Positions 54,243-62,940 of a stretch of 64,000 bases of DNA are shown here, in pieces. The notes beneath the pieces are model-generated. The model ran no database searches, had not been told where the DNA came from, and was given only the letters and a program-made list of their open reading frames with translations. This DNA comes from a virus. Position 1 is the stretch's first letter. Each line of letters begins with the position of its first letter. The stretch lies in the IMG/VR virus record IMGVR_UViG_3300048883_000431, positions 32,001-96,000 of that record, one strand, 5' to 3'. A program made the translations under genes and the position numbers.

Positions 54243-55061
54243 TCAGCCGGTGCGCCACAGGAACGAAAGGCCGAGCGTCGGGCCAGGCTGGTCAATGGAC
54301 GCCCACATCCGCATGAGTTTGTCCGAGTCGCGCGACGTGGAGAATCCGCCCTCCTTGACCCCGAAGTCTGCAAGCTCCTTCGTGGAAAGCAGTAGGTGCC
54401 GCGCCTGGACCATGATCTTGAACCCACGCCGGACCTCGGCCACAGGGATGACGACGTTCTTGGCGTTGTATTGGAGCTCCAGGGCGTACGTGGATGCTAC
54501 CCCCCTGATGATGATTGAGGCCGACGCGCGGCGTGTGACACCGAGCTCCCGCAGGGCTGGGGCGAACAGCGCGTAGTCCATCGTGACATCCTGCTGCGCC
54601 CCGACTATGTCCTCCTTCGTGATGCTGCGGTAGAGGTCGTAGGGCTTTGCCTTCGACACGGTAGCAGGAACATCCATCTCGAACCCGCCCGTCGACAGGA
54701 CGTATCCGGGCTTCTCGGGGTTCGTGCGGAATTCTACCCCAACGCCCTTGGTGTTTTCGAGAATCGGTGATACCATCGCAACCACGTGATGGTCAAGGAT
54801 GAGCGGCCCGTGCTCGTCGAAGTACTTGGTCTCGGAGGTAGCCTGGTGAACCAACGCGATATTCATACGCTGGAGATCGGTCGACCAGACCGACGCGTAG
54901 AGGTCGGGTTCGTGCGTGGGCTGCAGGTAGAGCTGCTTCGCCATGATCCCCCTGTGTTCGTTGGTCCCTCCCGTTGCGGGGCAGACCGCGTAGCGCATCG
55001 CACGCCCGAGCAATTCGGGGGATTGGGAACTGAGGATCAAGTCACCTTGCGAACTAGCCAT
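54243..55061 (-). CDS. divergent sliding-clamp-like protein (272 aa)
   Basis: GGAAGG RBS; WSTDLQRMN resembles the clamp ATDxxRL motif; KPYDLYRSI resembles FPDYxxVI. Confidence 0.5.
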   Translation of the reverse strand: MASSQGDLILSSQSPELLGRAMRYAVCPATGGTNEHRGIMAKQLYLQPTHEPDLYASVWSTDLQRMNIALVHQATSETKYFDEHGPLILDHHVVAMVSPILENTKGVGVEFRTNPEKPGYVLSTGGFEMDVPATVSKAKPYDLYRSITKEDIVGAQQDVTMDYALFAPALRELGVTRRASASIIIRGVASTYALELQYNAKNVVIPVAEVRRGFKIMVQARHLLLSTKELADFGVKEGGFSTSRDSDKLMRMWASIDQPGPTLGLSFLWRTG

Positions 55062-55100
55062 CGGACGCCTTCCCATTGGGTGGTACGCGGGTATGGGGAT

Positions 55101-55129
55101 ATGATACCCAAGGGCGTGGGGCGTGTCAA
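55101..55129 (-). promoter_or_regulatory. sigma70 promoter
   Basis: TTGACA, 17 nt, TATCAT; shares flanks with the 54196-54224 promoter. Confidence 0.8.
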
Positions 55130-55145
55130 GTTGGATTCCGGGCAT

Positions 55146-55174
55146 AAAAAGAGCCGCCCGGAGGACCGGACGGC
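55146..55174 (-). terminator. intrinsic terminator
   Basis: GCCGTCCGG-TCCT-CCGGGCGGC stem then TCTTTTT on the minus strand. Confidence 0.75.
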
Positions 55175-55299
55175 GAGCGGGAATGTTGGAGGCGTGATCC
55201 ACAGCCGCAAAAGGGCTGCTGTAACATGAGTAGTATAGACCCCTTCTCGACGACACAGAGTTTTCGAGCCCTTAATTCCGCAAGGAACGATCTCTGATA

Positions 55300-56292
55300 G
55301 TGCGACTCTTCGGAATCCTTAGCGAGCGCGCGAACGCTACCGGGCAAGCCCAGGAGCATCTGTTCTGGAGTTTGTGGCGGTCGTCCGATCTCGGCGAAAT
55401 AGCTACGTTCGAGGAGCTCTACCCGCTGTACACGACCGTGTTCAAGCAGCCGACCGGGGAGCCGCAGTCCAAGCGTGCGCTTCGCAGGTTGCTTGCCGGG
55501 AACGCCCTTCATTGGCGCGTGGTACAATCGCGTCGGCGTGGGGCGTGTTTCGCCCTTATCGGCGCGGCGGACGTTGCCTACGGGCTTTGTGTCCCGCTTA
55601 AATTGACCGGCGCGCGGTATGTCCGCGACGGTATCGACATCGACGTGCCTGACGCTGCCGGGTCCCTGGCGCATCGAAACTCCATCGCGGTGCTGCCGTC
55701 GCTGGTGCGGGGAACAGACGATCCTCGAAGCCAACAGCTTATCGGGACGCAGAACGGGATGTCCCGTCGGTCCCTGGCGACGCACGCCAAGAAGCTCGCG
55801 GAGCTTGGGCATCTCGTCGTCACGCGCAACGAGATCGTGGTTGCCGTCCACGACGACCACCTAGAGGCTACGAAAATACGAGAGGGGCTTGTATCCTGTC
55901 ATCCGGGCAGGGTATTCTTCTTACGCAGCCACGGCGAGCAATACGCCGTGTGCACCGCATCGTGCAACGAATACGAGATCGGCAACTCCGTCTCGATTGC
56001 ACGAACAAGGTCAGTTAAGCGAGTCCGGGCTAGGTTGCGGTCAACCGAGCGAATGCTTGGCCAAACGCGCTGTGAAATCCAGGGGGAACACGCGCCTAGT
56101 CGGACTCGCCGAGCTGCCTTCCTACGAAACGACAAGTCTAAAGCACGCCGCACCCGCAGGCGTCGTCACGAACCACAGAAGCCACATCCGTCAGCCGTCA
56201 TCATCGACGAAGGCTCCAGACGGTTCACGCATGTCGTGGGCTGTGTGCGGGAACACGCGGCTTGGTACGACGGGATGGTTGCCAATGGGTAG
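55300..56292 (+). CDS. Arg-rich winged-HTH protein (replication initiator/regulator-like)
   Basis: Only + strand gene in the right arm; SQQLIGTQNGMSRRSLATHAKKLAELGHL wHTH-like. Confidence 0.55.
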   Translation: MRLFGILSERANATGQAQEHLFWSLWRSSDLGEIATFEELYPLYTTVFKQPTGEPQSKRALRRLLAGNALHWRVVQSRRRGACFALIGAADVAYGLCVPLKLTGARYVRDGIDIDVPDAAGSLAHRNSIAVLPSLVRGTDDPRSQQLIGTQNGMSRRSLATHAKKLAELGHLVVTRNEIVVAVHDDHLEATKIREGLVSCHPGRVFFLRSHGEQYAVCTASCNEYEIGNSVSIARTRSVKRVRARLRSTERMLGQTRCEIQGEHAPSRTRRAAFLRNDKSKARRTRRRRHEPQKPHPSAVIIDEGSRRFTHVVGCVREHAAWYDGMVANG

Positions 56293-56334
56293 TGCTAAGA
56301 ATTGCACACTCAAGGTACAACCCCTCCGGGGATT

Positions 56335-56541
56335 TCATTGCCAGGCTAGGTTGAACAGCATGATCCCGAGTCCTATCACGATTACGACTGCTGCTAGAAA
56401 CGCGCGGTACTGCCATTGCGACTCGAAGTGGATGCGACCGACCCAAGCACCCCATAGCGTGAACCCCCCGGTACAGAATAAGGCGGCACCCAGGACTCCA
56501 GGCACCGCCTGCTTCAGCACGGCCACGAGAGCATCCATCAT
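56335..56541 (-). CDS. small membrane protein
   Basis: Two hydrophobic segments. Confidence 0.55.
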   Translation of the reverse strand: MMDALVAVLKQAVPGVLGAALFCTGGFTLWGAWVGRIHFESQWQYRAFLAAVVIVIGLGIMLFNLAWQ

Positions 56542-56573
56542 CGCCGCCCCCCACATCGAACTCGACGTTTGCC

Positions 56574-56981
56574 CTACACGCTTTGTGTACGCCAAGCTCC
56601 GCGAGCTTCTCCTGCGTCCCGTTCCTGGGCACGCCGTGTGCGAACCCCGTCCGCGACATAGTCGCCGAAGGGAACGTCCTCGCACTCCCCACGGCCCGAC
56701 ACTGTGACGGTCTTCTTGGCGCAGTCCAAGACGATAAGCGGGTCTTCCTCCCCCGTTGGACTCGCCATGATTCCGAAGCCTGTCGTTCCGCCACGGTCGT
56801 CCTGGCCGTCGATCATGTCCTCGAAGACGATCCTCCCGAGGTAGGCCCCGTCATCCCATCGTGCGCGGCCCCGATCCAGCGCGCCCTTGACGACCTCCGC
56901 TAGTTCGGTGCCGCCCCAGTGTGTGTAGAGATACACGGTCTCGCCAAAGTTCTTAACGCCAACGCTCGCGCGATCACCCAT
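56574..56981 (-). CDS. conserved phage hypothetical protein
   Basis: MGDRA, VYLYTHWGG, RWDDGAYLGRIVF, TGFGI. Confidence 0.7.
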   Translation of the reverse strand: MGDRASVGVKNFGETVYLYTHWGGTELAEVVKGALDRGRARWDDGAYLGRIVFEDMIDGQDDRGGTTGFGIMASPTGEEDPLIVLDCAKKTVTVSGRGECEDVPFGDYVADGVRTRRAQERDAGEARGAWRTQSV

Positions 56982-57381
56982 TTGCCGCGTTTCCAATGTG
57001 AGGTGTAGCTCGATCATGCGCGCTCTTTTCAATGTAGAAGACGCCCTCGTCCTCGTCCTCTTGGATGTCGTATCGGTTGCCCTGGAACCCGTTCCCCCGC
57101 AAGAACTTCACGAGAGCCTTCCCGCCTACGGTGTTCGACGTACTCATGCACCTCACGTCGTCGCCCAGGTCGTCGTCCGCCTCCGAGAAGGCGAACCTCC
57201 CTCTATCGGCGTCGTGGAGAAACCGAATAAACCGCCATCCCCCTCCCATTTTGGTCACGAACGCTACGTTGAACCGGACGACGCACACGCTGTGCTTGGC
57301 GTACTCACTGATGGTCATTCGGGGCTTACCCCTGCCGCCTCCGCCCCTCCGGTCGAGGCTTCCAATCTTCTGATATGGCAT
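56974..57381 (-). CDS. hypothetical protein
   Basis: GGGAG RBS; starts MPYQKIG. Confidence 0.6.
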   Translation of the reverse strand: MPYQKIGSLDRRGGGGRGKPRMTISEYAKHSVCVVRFNVAFVTKMGGGWRFIRFLHDADRGRFAFSEADDDLGDDVRCMSTSNTVGGKALVKFLRGNGFQGNRYDIQEDEDEGVFYIEKSAHDRATPHIGNAANG

Positions 57382-57847
57382 TCCGTATCTCCCTAGCCGA
57401 CCGTAAGAAGTGCACTCTATCGACGGGCTCCGTGGTGTCTGTGTAGGGTAGGTGAGCCCATCCCCGGAAGCTGTCCATGTTCGCCAGTCCCTCCGCACCG
57501 AACTCCCGCGCGGCCTCCGCCCCGGCGAGCCACACCTGGTAAAGCTGCTTGGCGATACCCTCGTCCGTCATCGTCCCGGCGCGGGACTTGAACATCTCGA
57601 TGTCCTGCCGAATGCAGGTCGCGTCGAGTCGCTTGGCCATCGCGAGGAGCTGCGCGAGGGTAGTGCCAGGCCCCAGGTACCACGCCTTGTATTGCGGAGA
57701 GAACCTAGCGCCCGCGAACGTGCGTTTGATTCCGTTCACGAGGAGCTCGAACTTACCGTGATCCGTGCTGAACCAAACCGCAATCCAGCCCTTGTGCTCG
57801 TGCTGGACGTAATTCACCTCGTATGGGTCTGTGGATGGCTGACTCAT
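57326..57847 (-). CDS. hypothetical protein
   Basis: ATGA coupling; GARFSPQYKAWY resembles HARP/DUF5710-like motif. Confidence 0.6.
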   Translation of the reverse strand: MSQPSTDPYEVNYVQHEHKGWIAVWFSTDHGKFELLVNGIKRTFAGARFSPQYKAWYLGPGTTLAQLLAMAKRLDATCIRQDIEMFKSRAGTMTDEGIAKQLYQVWLAGAEAAREFGAEGLANMDSFRGWAHLPYTDTTEPVDRVHFLRSAREIRNAISEDWKPRPEGRRRQG

Positions 57848-58167
57848 ACCCTATCCGCGTCCGACCACCTATCTGTTGCGACGAGCGTCATATCCCACCG
57901 AAGGTGGTAGAGGACCTTCCCGTCGGAGTCGTTCCCGAACATGGTGATGCAGGCGGTGCCCGGTGTCTCCCGGTTAATCGTAATAGCAACTGTCTCGTGA
58001 TCTGCCATGTTCGCTGCGCCTTTGACGTTGTTAGGCATCGCCTCGTAGGCCTCCAAGGCCACCATCGAGGTGTCCACCGCGAGGTTCGATAGCCGCTTCC
58101 CGAACCCGCTGTCCGAGTTCGGGTGGGATACCTCTTCGGGTATTGTGTCGGGGTCAATCTTAGCCAT
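57844..58167 (-). CDS. hypothetical protein
   Basis: Abuts neighbouring genes. Confidence 0.6.
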   Translation of the reverse strand: MAKIDPDTIPEEVSHPNSDSGFGKRLSNLAVDTSMVALEAYEAMPNNVKGAANMADHETVAITINRETPGTACITMFGNDSDGKVLYHLRWDMTLVATDRWSDADRV

Positions 58168-58356
58168 CTAGTCAGCCCCTTCTGGACCCTCCTCGCCGTC
58201 GGCCCCCACGATCTCGTCCACGGCCTTCTCGATGGCCGTGGCTAACTGGATGGCCTCCGGGATGTTGGCCGCTCCGCCCGCGTTGTTCATCTGCACTAGC
58301 TGCACGAAGATTGTCGTTGCTGACGCCACCAGGTCACTCTTGCGCTGGCTCCCCAC
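58168..58356 (-). CDS. small hypothetical protein
   Basis: Abuts neighbouring genes; high GC3. Confidence 0.6.
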   Translation of the reverse strand: MGSQRKSDLVASATTIFVQLVQMNNAGGAANIPEAIQLATAIEKAVDEIVGADGEEGPEGAD

Positions 58357-58609
58357 TGTCCTGCTCCTTACTTGAGTTCATCGCTTTGGTGACTCCGTTG
58401 TGGAGTCTAACCGCCATCGACACCGCTCTGTCAGACACACGCTGGTCGAACGCCCTGCCGGTCTCGCCCCGCGTCGGCCGTCCGACTCCGTTCGCATCCA
58501 GAATACCTGCTTCGATCCTTTCGGACCACTCGACCAGGGTGGCTGCCGACGTCACGAGCGTCGGTCCCGTCAAGTCGAGGCTGCTCCATTCACCAGTTCC
58601 GGCCCCCAT
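58334..58609 (-). CDS. hypothetical protein
   Basis: Operon position; start uncertain. Confidence 0.45.
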   Translation of the reverse strand: MGAGTGEWSSLDLTGPTLVTSAATLVEWSERIEAGILDANGVGRPTRGETGRAFDQRVSDRAVSMAVRLHNGVTKAMNSSKEQDSGEPAQE

Positions 58610-58621
58610 GCCTTCGCCCTT

Positions 58622-58676
58622 CCGTATTGCCCGTATTGCCGCCCGTATGCCGCCGTATTGCCGCCGTGTGCCGTCC
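58622..58676. repeat. degenerate tandem repeat of CCGTATTGC(CG), about 5 copies
   Basis: ccgtattgc ccgtattgccgc ccgtatgccg ccgtattgccg ccgtgtgccg. Confidence 0.6.
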
Positions 58677-58749
58677 CAATTCCCGTTCCGGGGTACACCC
58701 GACGGCGGCCCCCGTCGTCGGCGTCCTCCGCGCGCCCCAACTCATGCGT

Positions 58750-59688
58750 TCACGTGACAAGAGCTTCCCCCTTCTCCGTAAGAACCCGCCCGCGTGGGCT
58801 GATGGCCATGAACCCCTCCTGGAGAAGGAACGACTCATGAACGTCGCGCAGCGTCTCGGTGTCCAAGGCTACGTATGCCTTAATAGTCGAAAAAGCAGCC
58901 CGACCGTTGTTTCCATAGATACATTGTAGAATCCTACGGTCGATACTGTCAAGCCCAGTTGAGTCGATACCGAGGTCTTCCAGGCACGAAAGTGCAGTTG
59001 CCTCGTCCAGATGCCCGTCGTTGAGTACAACTGCGAAGTCGTACATCCTACGCGTGAGTCTCTTGGCTATACGCGGTGTCCCGCGCGAGCAACGCCCCAC
59101 CAGCAGCGGCACTTCCTCGTCGCACGTCCCGCCCAGCAGGCCCACGTCCCTCGCGGCGATGGTCGCTAGGTCCTCGGGCGAGTAAAACTGCAGCGTGAGG
59201 TTGATCCCGAACCTGTCGCGCATGGGGGCCGCGACCTGCCCCGCGTTCGTCGTCGCGCCTATCACCGTCACCTTGGGGAGCGTGATCCTCATGGGACGGA
59301 ACCCTGGAATGGACATCGACACCACGCTGTCCTCCATCACAGGGTAGAGCTGTTCCTGCACTGCGTGGTGGACGCTGTGGATTTCGTCGATGAACACCAC
59401 ATCGCCCCTTCCTACGCCGTCGAGGAATCCCGCAAGGTCTGAATTCCCGAGCGCCTTACCGATTGTCTCGCGCACTGTTCCGCCGGTCTCGTTGGCTATA
59501 ACGTATGCGAGCGTCGTCTTGCCCAGTCCCTTCGGACCCGACAGTAGGACGTGGTCGAGTACCTGTCCGCGCGCGTCGGCGCTAGCCATGTACACAGCTA
59601 GGTGCTTCTTGATCGTTGTCTGCCCGACGACATCCGCCAGCATCTGTGGCCGGAATGCTGTTGTGTCGACGGGCTGCACGACTGCCAT
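58750..59688 (-). CDS. ruvB: Holliday junction branch-migration helicase RuvB
   Basis: FRPQMLADVVGQ, DHVLLSGPKGLGKTTLA, VFIDEIH, LYPVMED, GATT, RDRFG, RGTPRIA. Confidence 0.95.
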   Translation of the reverse strand: MAVVQPVDTTAFRPQMLADVVGQTTIKKHLAVYMASADARGQVLDHVLLSGPKGLGKTTLAYVIANETGGTVRETIGKALGNSDLAGFLDGVGRGDVVFIDEIHSVHHAVQEQLYPVMEDSVVSMSIPGFRPMRITLPKVTVIGATTNAGQVAAPMRDRFGINLTLQFYSPEDLATIAARDVGLLGGTCDEEVPLLVGRCSRGTPRIAKRLTRRMYDFAVVLNDGHLDEATALSCLEDLGIDSTGLDSIDRRILQCIYGNNGRAAFSTIKAYVALDTETLRDVHESFLLQEGFMAISPRGRVLTEKGEALVT

Positions 59689-59697
59689 ACGTAGCTC

Positions 59698-59802
59698 CTA
59701 GATGTGGACGTCGTAGACAGACAGGAGGGTGTCGCCGGGGAGGGACATGACCAGTTGAATTTCAGGGTCCTCCCCGATCACGAGCACTGTTGAGTGCGAC
59801 AT
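59698..59802 (-). CDS. 34-aa mini-gene MSHSTVLVIGEDPEIQLVMSLPGDTLLSVYDVHI
   Basis: TGATG coupling to upstream gene; its stop lies at the RBS of ruvB. Confidence 0.5.
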   Translation of the reverse strand: MSHSTVLVIGEDPEIQLVMSLPGDTLLSVYDVHI

Positions 59803-60257
59803 CAGGCAGTCTTTCCTCGTGGTGTGGGGATGCTCAGGTAGAGCCCTCCGAGAAACGGCGCGCTAGCTAGAGCGTCGAGCGACGCCTGGCTTCCCTCGTC
59901 GCCGCCGACCGCTTCCGAGTAACGCTTGAACGCCGACGACACGAGCGCAATGTGGGTCACAACATCGCGCAGCCCACGTTCCTTACAGGTGTCATCCTCC
60001 CCGTCCTCGGTCACGTAGCGCCCGACGATTTCGAGGAACTTCTCGTCCCGGTCGTGGAGTATATCCGCCTTATGCTTGACGGGCATCCCCTCCAGATCGT
60101 AGTTCCTCTCGGCTGCCTTCGCAATCTCCTGATCCCGGATGAACTCGATGTAGACTTCGAGCGTCGCGAACATCTCCTCGAACCCGTGCTCGGCCTCCAT
60201 CGCTACGTATTCGTCGGTCTTGAACACGTCGGGCGTGTGCGCGTCGTTAGAACTCAT
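59802..60257 (-). CDS. hypothetical protein
   Basis: Acidic, high GC3, coupled. Confidence 0.65.
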   Translation of the reverse strand: MSSNDAHTPDVFKTDEYVAMEAEHGFEEMFATLEVYIEFIRDQEIAKAAERNYDLEGMPVKHKADILHDRDEKFLEIVGRYVTEDGEDDTCKERGLRDVVTHIALVSSAFKRYSEAVGGDEGSQASLDALASAPFLGGLYLSIPTPRGKTA

Positions 60258-60540
60258 CCTCGGACCCTTCTTCCAGCAGTTTCCCCGCGAGGCGGTGCGG
60301 GAGCTCCGTCAGTCCCTCGTCCACGTCCACGTCGTAATCCGTCCCGTAGACTTCGAGCGACGCCATCACACCAGCGATCACGTCGAACACGTCGTCCGAC
60401 TCGACGAACAACCGGCTGCGCGTCTTTGCCCGAGCCTCCGGTGCCATCCGGTTGAAGTACACGCAGACCGCGCCGTGTGCGGTGAACCTCTCGACGTTCG
60501 AGCCCCCACGCTCCGTGGGGACTTTGACGACAACCATCAT
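60247..60540 (-). CDS. hypothetical protein
   Basis: ATGA coupling; starts MMVVVKV. Confidence 0.6.
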   Translation of the reverse strand: MMVVVKVPTERGGSNVERFTAHGAVCVYFNRMAPEARAKTRSRLFVESDDVFDVIAGVMASLEVYGTDYDVDVDEGLTELPHRLAGKLLEEGSEDEF

Positions 60541-60866
60541 GCTGCCATCTCCAGCTTCACGAGGTCGCCGGTGTCCGGGTCGATCAGCGACTGTACCAGG
60601 CGGCGCTGCCACCGGGGCGACAGCTCGCTGTACGCGCTTCGCGTGCATCTCGACACCACCCAGGCGACGGGGGCATAGCCGAACACCAGAGTGCTCGCGC
60701 GGTCATCATTTCGTTCGAGGGTGGTCATGCAGTAGTAGCTCGGACGCCCGCCGTGGTTCACTACCTCGGTTTCGTTCACCAGGTAGAACGTGCGGCTGCC
60801 CTTCTCCTTGTAGAGAAGGACGCCTTCGACTCGACGCGCCGTGTCCCTGTAGATCACGTTCATCAT
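60537..60866 (-). CDS. hypothetical protein
   Basis: AGGAG RBS. Confidence 0.65.
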   Translation of the reverse strand: MMNVIYRDTARRVEGVLLYKEKGSRTFYLVNETEVVNHGGRPSYYCMTTLERNDDRASTLVFGYAPVAWVVSRCTRSAYSELSPRWQRRLVQSLIDPDTGDLVKLEMAA

Positions 60867-60877
60867 CTTCCGTTCTC

Positions 60878-61426
60878 CTAGAATGGGGGCTCTGCGGGGC
60901 GATCCTGAACCTCACGGAGGTGTGCAATGTCGTCCATCTGCACGTAGGGGACTTCCCGCAGCGCTGCGACCGAGTCCTCCGCGATGCTCGTGAGGGCCGC
61001 TTGGACCTGCCCGAGATCGAGCTCCCTCAGCTCCACCGCCTCTCGCTCCAGACGATGCGCCTCGTCCTTGTACTTCCCGCAGCCCTTATCCAGCGGACAC
61101 CACATCTCGGCCACTGGGACTGGCCCACGGCCCGACCTGTCTTGCCGCGCGTAGACCTGCTCCAGCCCAACCCGCTCAAGGTCCACGTCGTGATCTCCCG
61201 CCCAGGTGTGGAGATTGTCCTCGGACACATCCGGCAGGGTGTACACCGTGTACTGCCCGCCGTAGAAGGCGGTGTCCTGAAACCGGAGACGGAACTGGTA
61301 TTCCGTGTTACTACCGCAGAAGTCCTCCACCCCCTCACGCTGGCGCGGTGCCCATACGGCACTGCCGTAGACCACCTCGCCTCTGGGGTCTAACGTCTGG
61401 TGATTGTGCGCCACCTTCAGTATCAT
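60878..61426 (-). CDS. hypothetical protein
   Basis: ATGA coupling; ends EPPF. Confidence 0.6.
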   Translation of the reverse strand: MILKVAHNHQTLDPRGEVVYGSAVWAPRQREGVEDFCGSNTEYQFRLRFQDTAFYGGQYTVYTLPDVSEDNLHTWAGDHDVDLERVGLEQVYARQDRSGRGPVPVAEMWCPLDKGCGKYKDEAHRLEREAVELRELDLGQVQAALTSIAEDSVAALREVPYVQMDDIAHLREVQDRPAEPPF

Positions 61427-61932
61427 ACCTTGTCCTCTTCTTCTGGGTCGTCGACGGTCTCGCCGCCAGCCGACGCGATCTCTCTGTCGGCGAAGAACTG
61501 CTGGACTTCCTCGTCCATCTCCTCCGACTCGTTGGTGATGGCCGCCATATCTATGGCGTCATCCACGAAAGTCTCCGACACCAGCATCGACCCGCACGTC
61601 CCCGCCAGTATCTCCTCGATGGGTCGGCGCAGCACCTGCGTGAACATGGTCACGCCGCGCTTGAGCCCGTACAGGTGGACGCACTTCTGGACCACGCCCT
61701 GGATGACGCCCATCGTGTAGCCGATGCCCACCACAGCGTCGCCCACCCCCATCCCGAACTGCACCTCGCGCTTGAGGGACTCGACCATGCCCTCGACGGT
61801 GTTGTAGTCCGAGATCTCCCGCGCGCGTTCCATACCCACGCAGCGCGACACGAAGTCCCTGATCTCGTCAGGTATCTCGTCAACGTCGATCTCCGCGTCG
61901 TCCATGTCCTCGGCGTCCGGTATCTCGTTCAT
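61423..61932 (-). CDS. acidic hypothetical protein
   Basis: GGGAG RBS; very acidic termini. Confidence 0.65.
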   Translation of the reverse strand: MNEIPDAEDMDDAEIDVDEIPDEIRDFVSRCVGMERAREISDYNTVEGMVESLKREVQFGMGVGDAVVGIGYTMGVIQGVVQKCVHLYGLKRGVTMFTQVLRRPIEEILAGTCGSMLVSETFVDDAIDMAAITNESEEMDEEVQQFFADREIASAGGETVDDPEEEDKV

Positions 61933-61944
61933 CCCTGGTGCTCC

Positions 61945-62460
61945 CTAATATTGTAGAGATACATCGTCTAGAACTGCGACGATGAAGTCCACGCGGTGAC
62001 GGAGTTCCATCCTCGCCGCCTGGATGGAGTACAGGTCGACGGCCGACACCGCGACCTTAGCCGCTTGGACCTCCATCCACCCTACCCATCCCCGGCCGCA
62101 CAGGGCGTCGATGCCCCACTCTACCGTGATGACTGCCTGGCGCTCGTCCACCGCTGCGGACCATCTCGTGCTAACCGTAAGGTGTCCTCCCCGCATCCGG
62201 GAGCCGTGTGGGTCATCCGTCTCCTCCCGTCGAGTCACGAAGGAGAACACCGACGCCCAGTTCGACCACGCCTCCTCCATCTCCACGGGACCGTTCCCGA
62301 GATACTGGTCCCCGAAGTACCCCGCGACGGCGAGGCCCAGGTCGAACCTGAGCTTCGTCATCTCATCCATGTCCTCGATGCGGGGAATCTCGTCCCGTGC
62401 CAGTACGTCGCGTAGAATACCGTCCGTGTTCTCGTCCGTCGATTGACGCTCCAAGTTCAC
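61945..62460 (-). CDS. hypothetical protein
   Basis: GTGA coupling. Confidence 0.6.
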   Translation of the reverse strand: MNLERQSTDENTDGILRDVLARDEIPRIEDMDEMTKLRFDLGLAVAGYFGDQYLGNGPVEMEEAWSNWASVFSFVTRREETDDPHGSRMRGGHLTVSTRWSAAVDERQAVITVEWGIDALCGRGWVGWMEVQAAKVAVSAVDLYSIQAARMELRHRVDFIVAVLDDVSLQY

Positions 62461-62759
62461 AGGATCATCCCCCTGAATCGAATCTCCAACACGGCGTCCA
62501 CGGGGATGCTGCGGTAGTTGCGCGCTACCGTATCCCACACGCACACGAGGCCGTTGTCGAGATTCTGTTGGCGACGCTTCTCCGCCCTCACGGCGTCGAG
62601 TTTTGGGTTCTTGGGTCTAACCCCAAGGCGGCAGACCATGCGACGTTCCGTGCCGTCAGTCCGCTTCGTGAACGTCACTCCGAAGAATGTCCCCCGCGTC
62701 GTCTCCCAAAGCGCGTCCTCGAACTGTTCCGTCTGGTCCCTCAACGACAACGAAGCCAT
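62457..62759 (-). CDS. SH3/WYL-like beta-barrel phage protein
   Basis: FFGVTFTKRTDGTERRMVCRLGV, VWD, YRSIP. Confidence 0.65.
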   Translation of the reverse strand: MASLSLRDQTEQFEDALWETTRGTFFGVTFTKRTDGTERRMVCRLGVRPKNPKLDAVRAEKRRQQNLDNGLVCVWDTVARNYRSIPVDAVLEIRFRGMIL

Positions 62760-62940
62760 GGAGAATTCCCTTCCAGTAGCGTTTCTTGTTGTCCAGCAGC
62801 CACGACGTGAGGTTGTGCATCGACATCATGTTGCTGGTCCGCGTCACCCGGTCCCAGTCCAACATGTTGCAGCCACCGTGCATCCTGATGACCTCGATGT
62901 CATTGTAGATGGCCTGCGTTACCTTAGTCTTCTGTGGCAT
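62656..62940 (-). CDS. hypothetical protein
   Basis: GGAGG RBS; GGCNMLD. Confidence 0.55.
   Translation of the reverse strand: MPQKTKVTQAIYNDIEVIRMHGGCNMLDWDRVTRTSNMMSMHNLTSWLLDNKKRYWKGILHGFVVVEGPDGTVRGRALGDDAGDILRSDVHEAD

Noticed and set aside
58622-58676. CRISPR array
   Set aside because: Units are 9-12 nt with no spacers, and no cas genes are present
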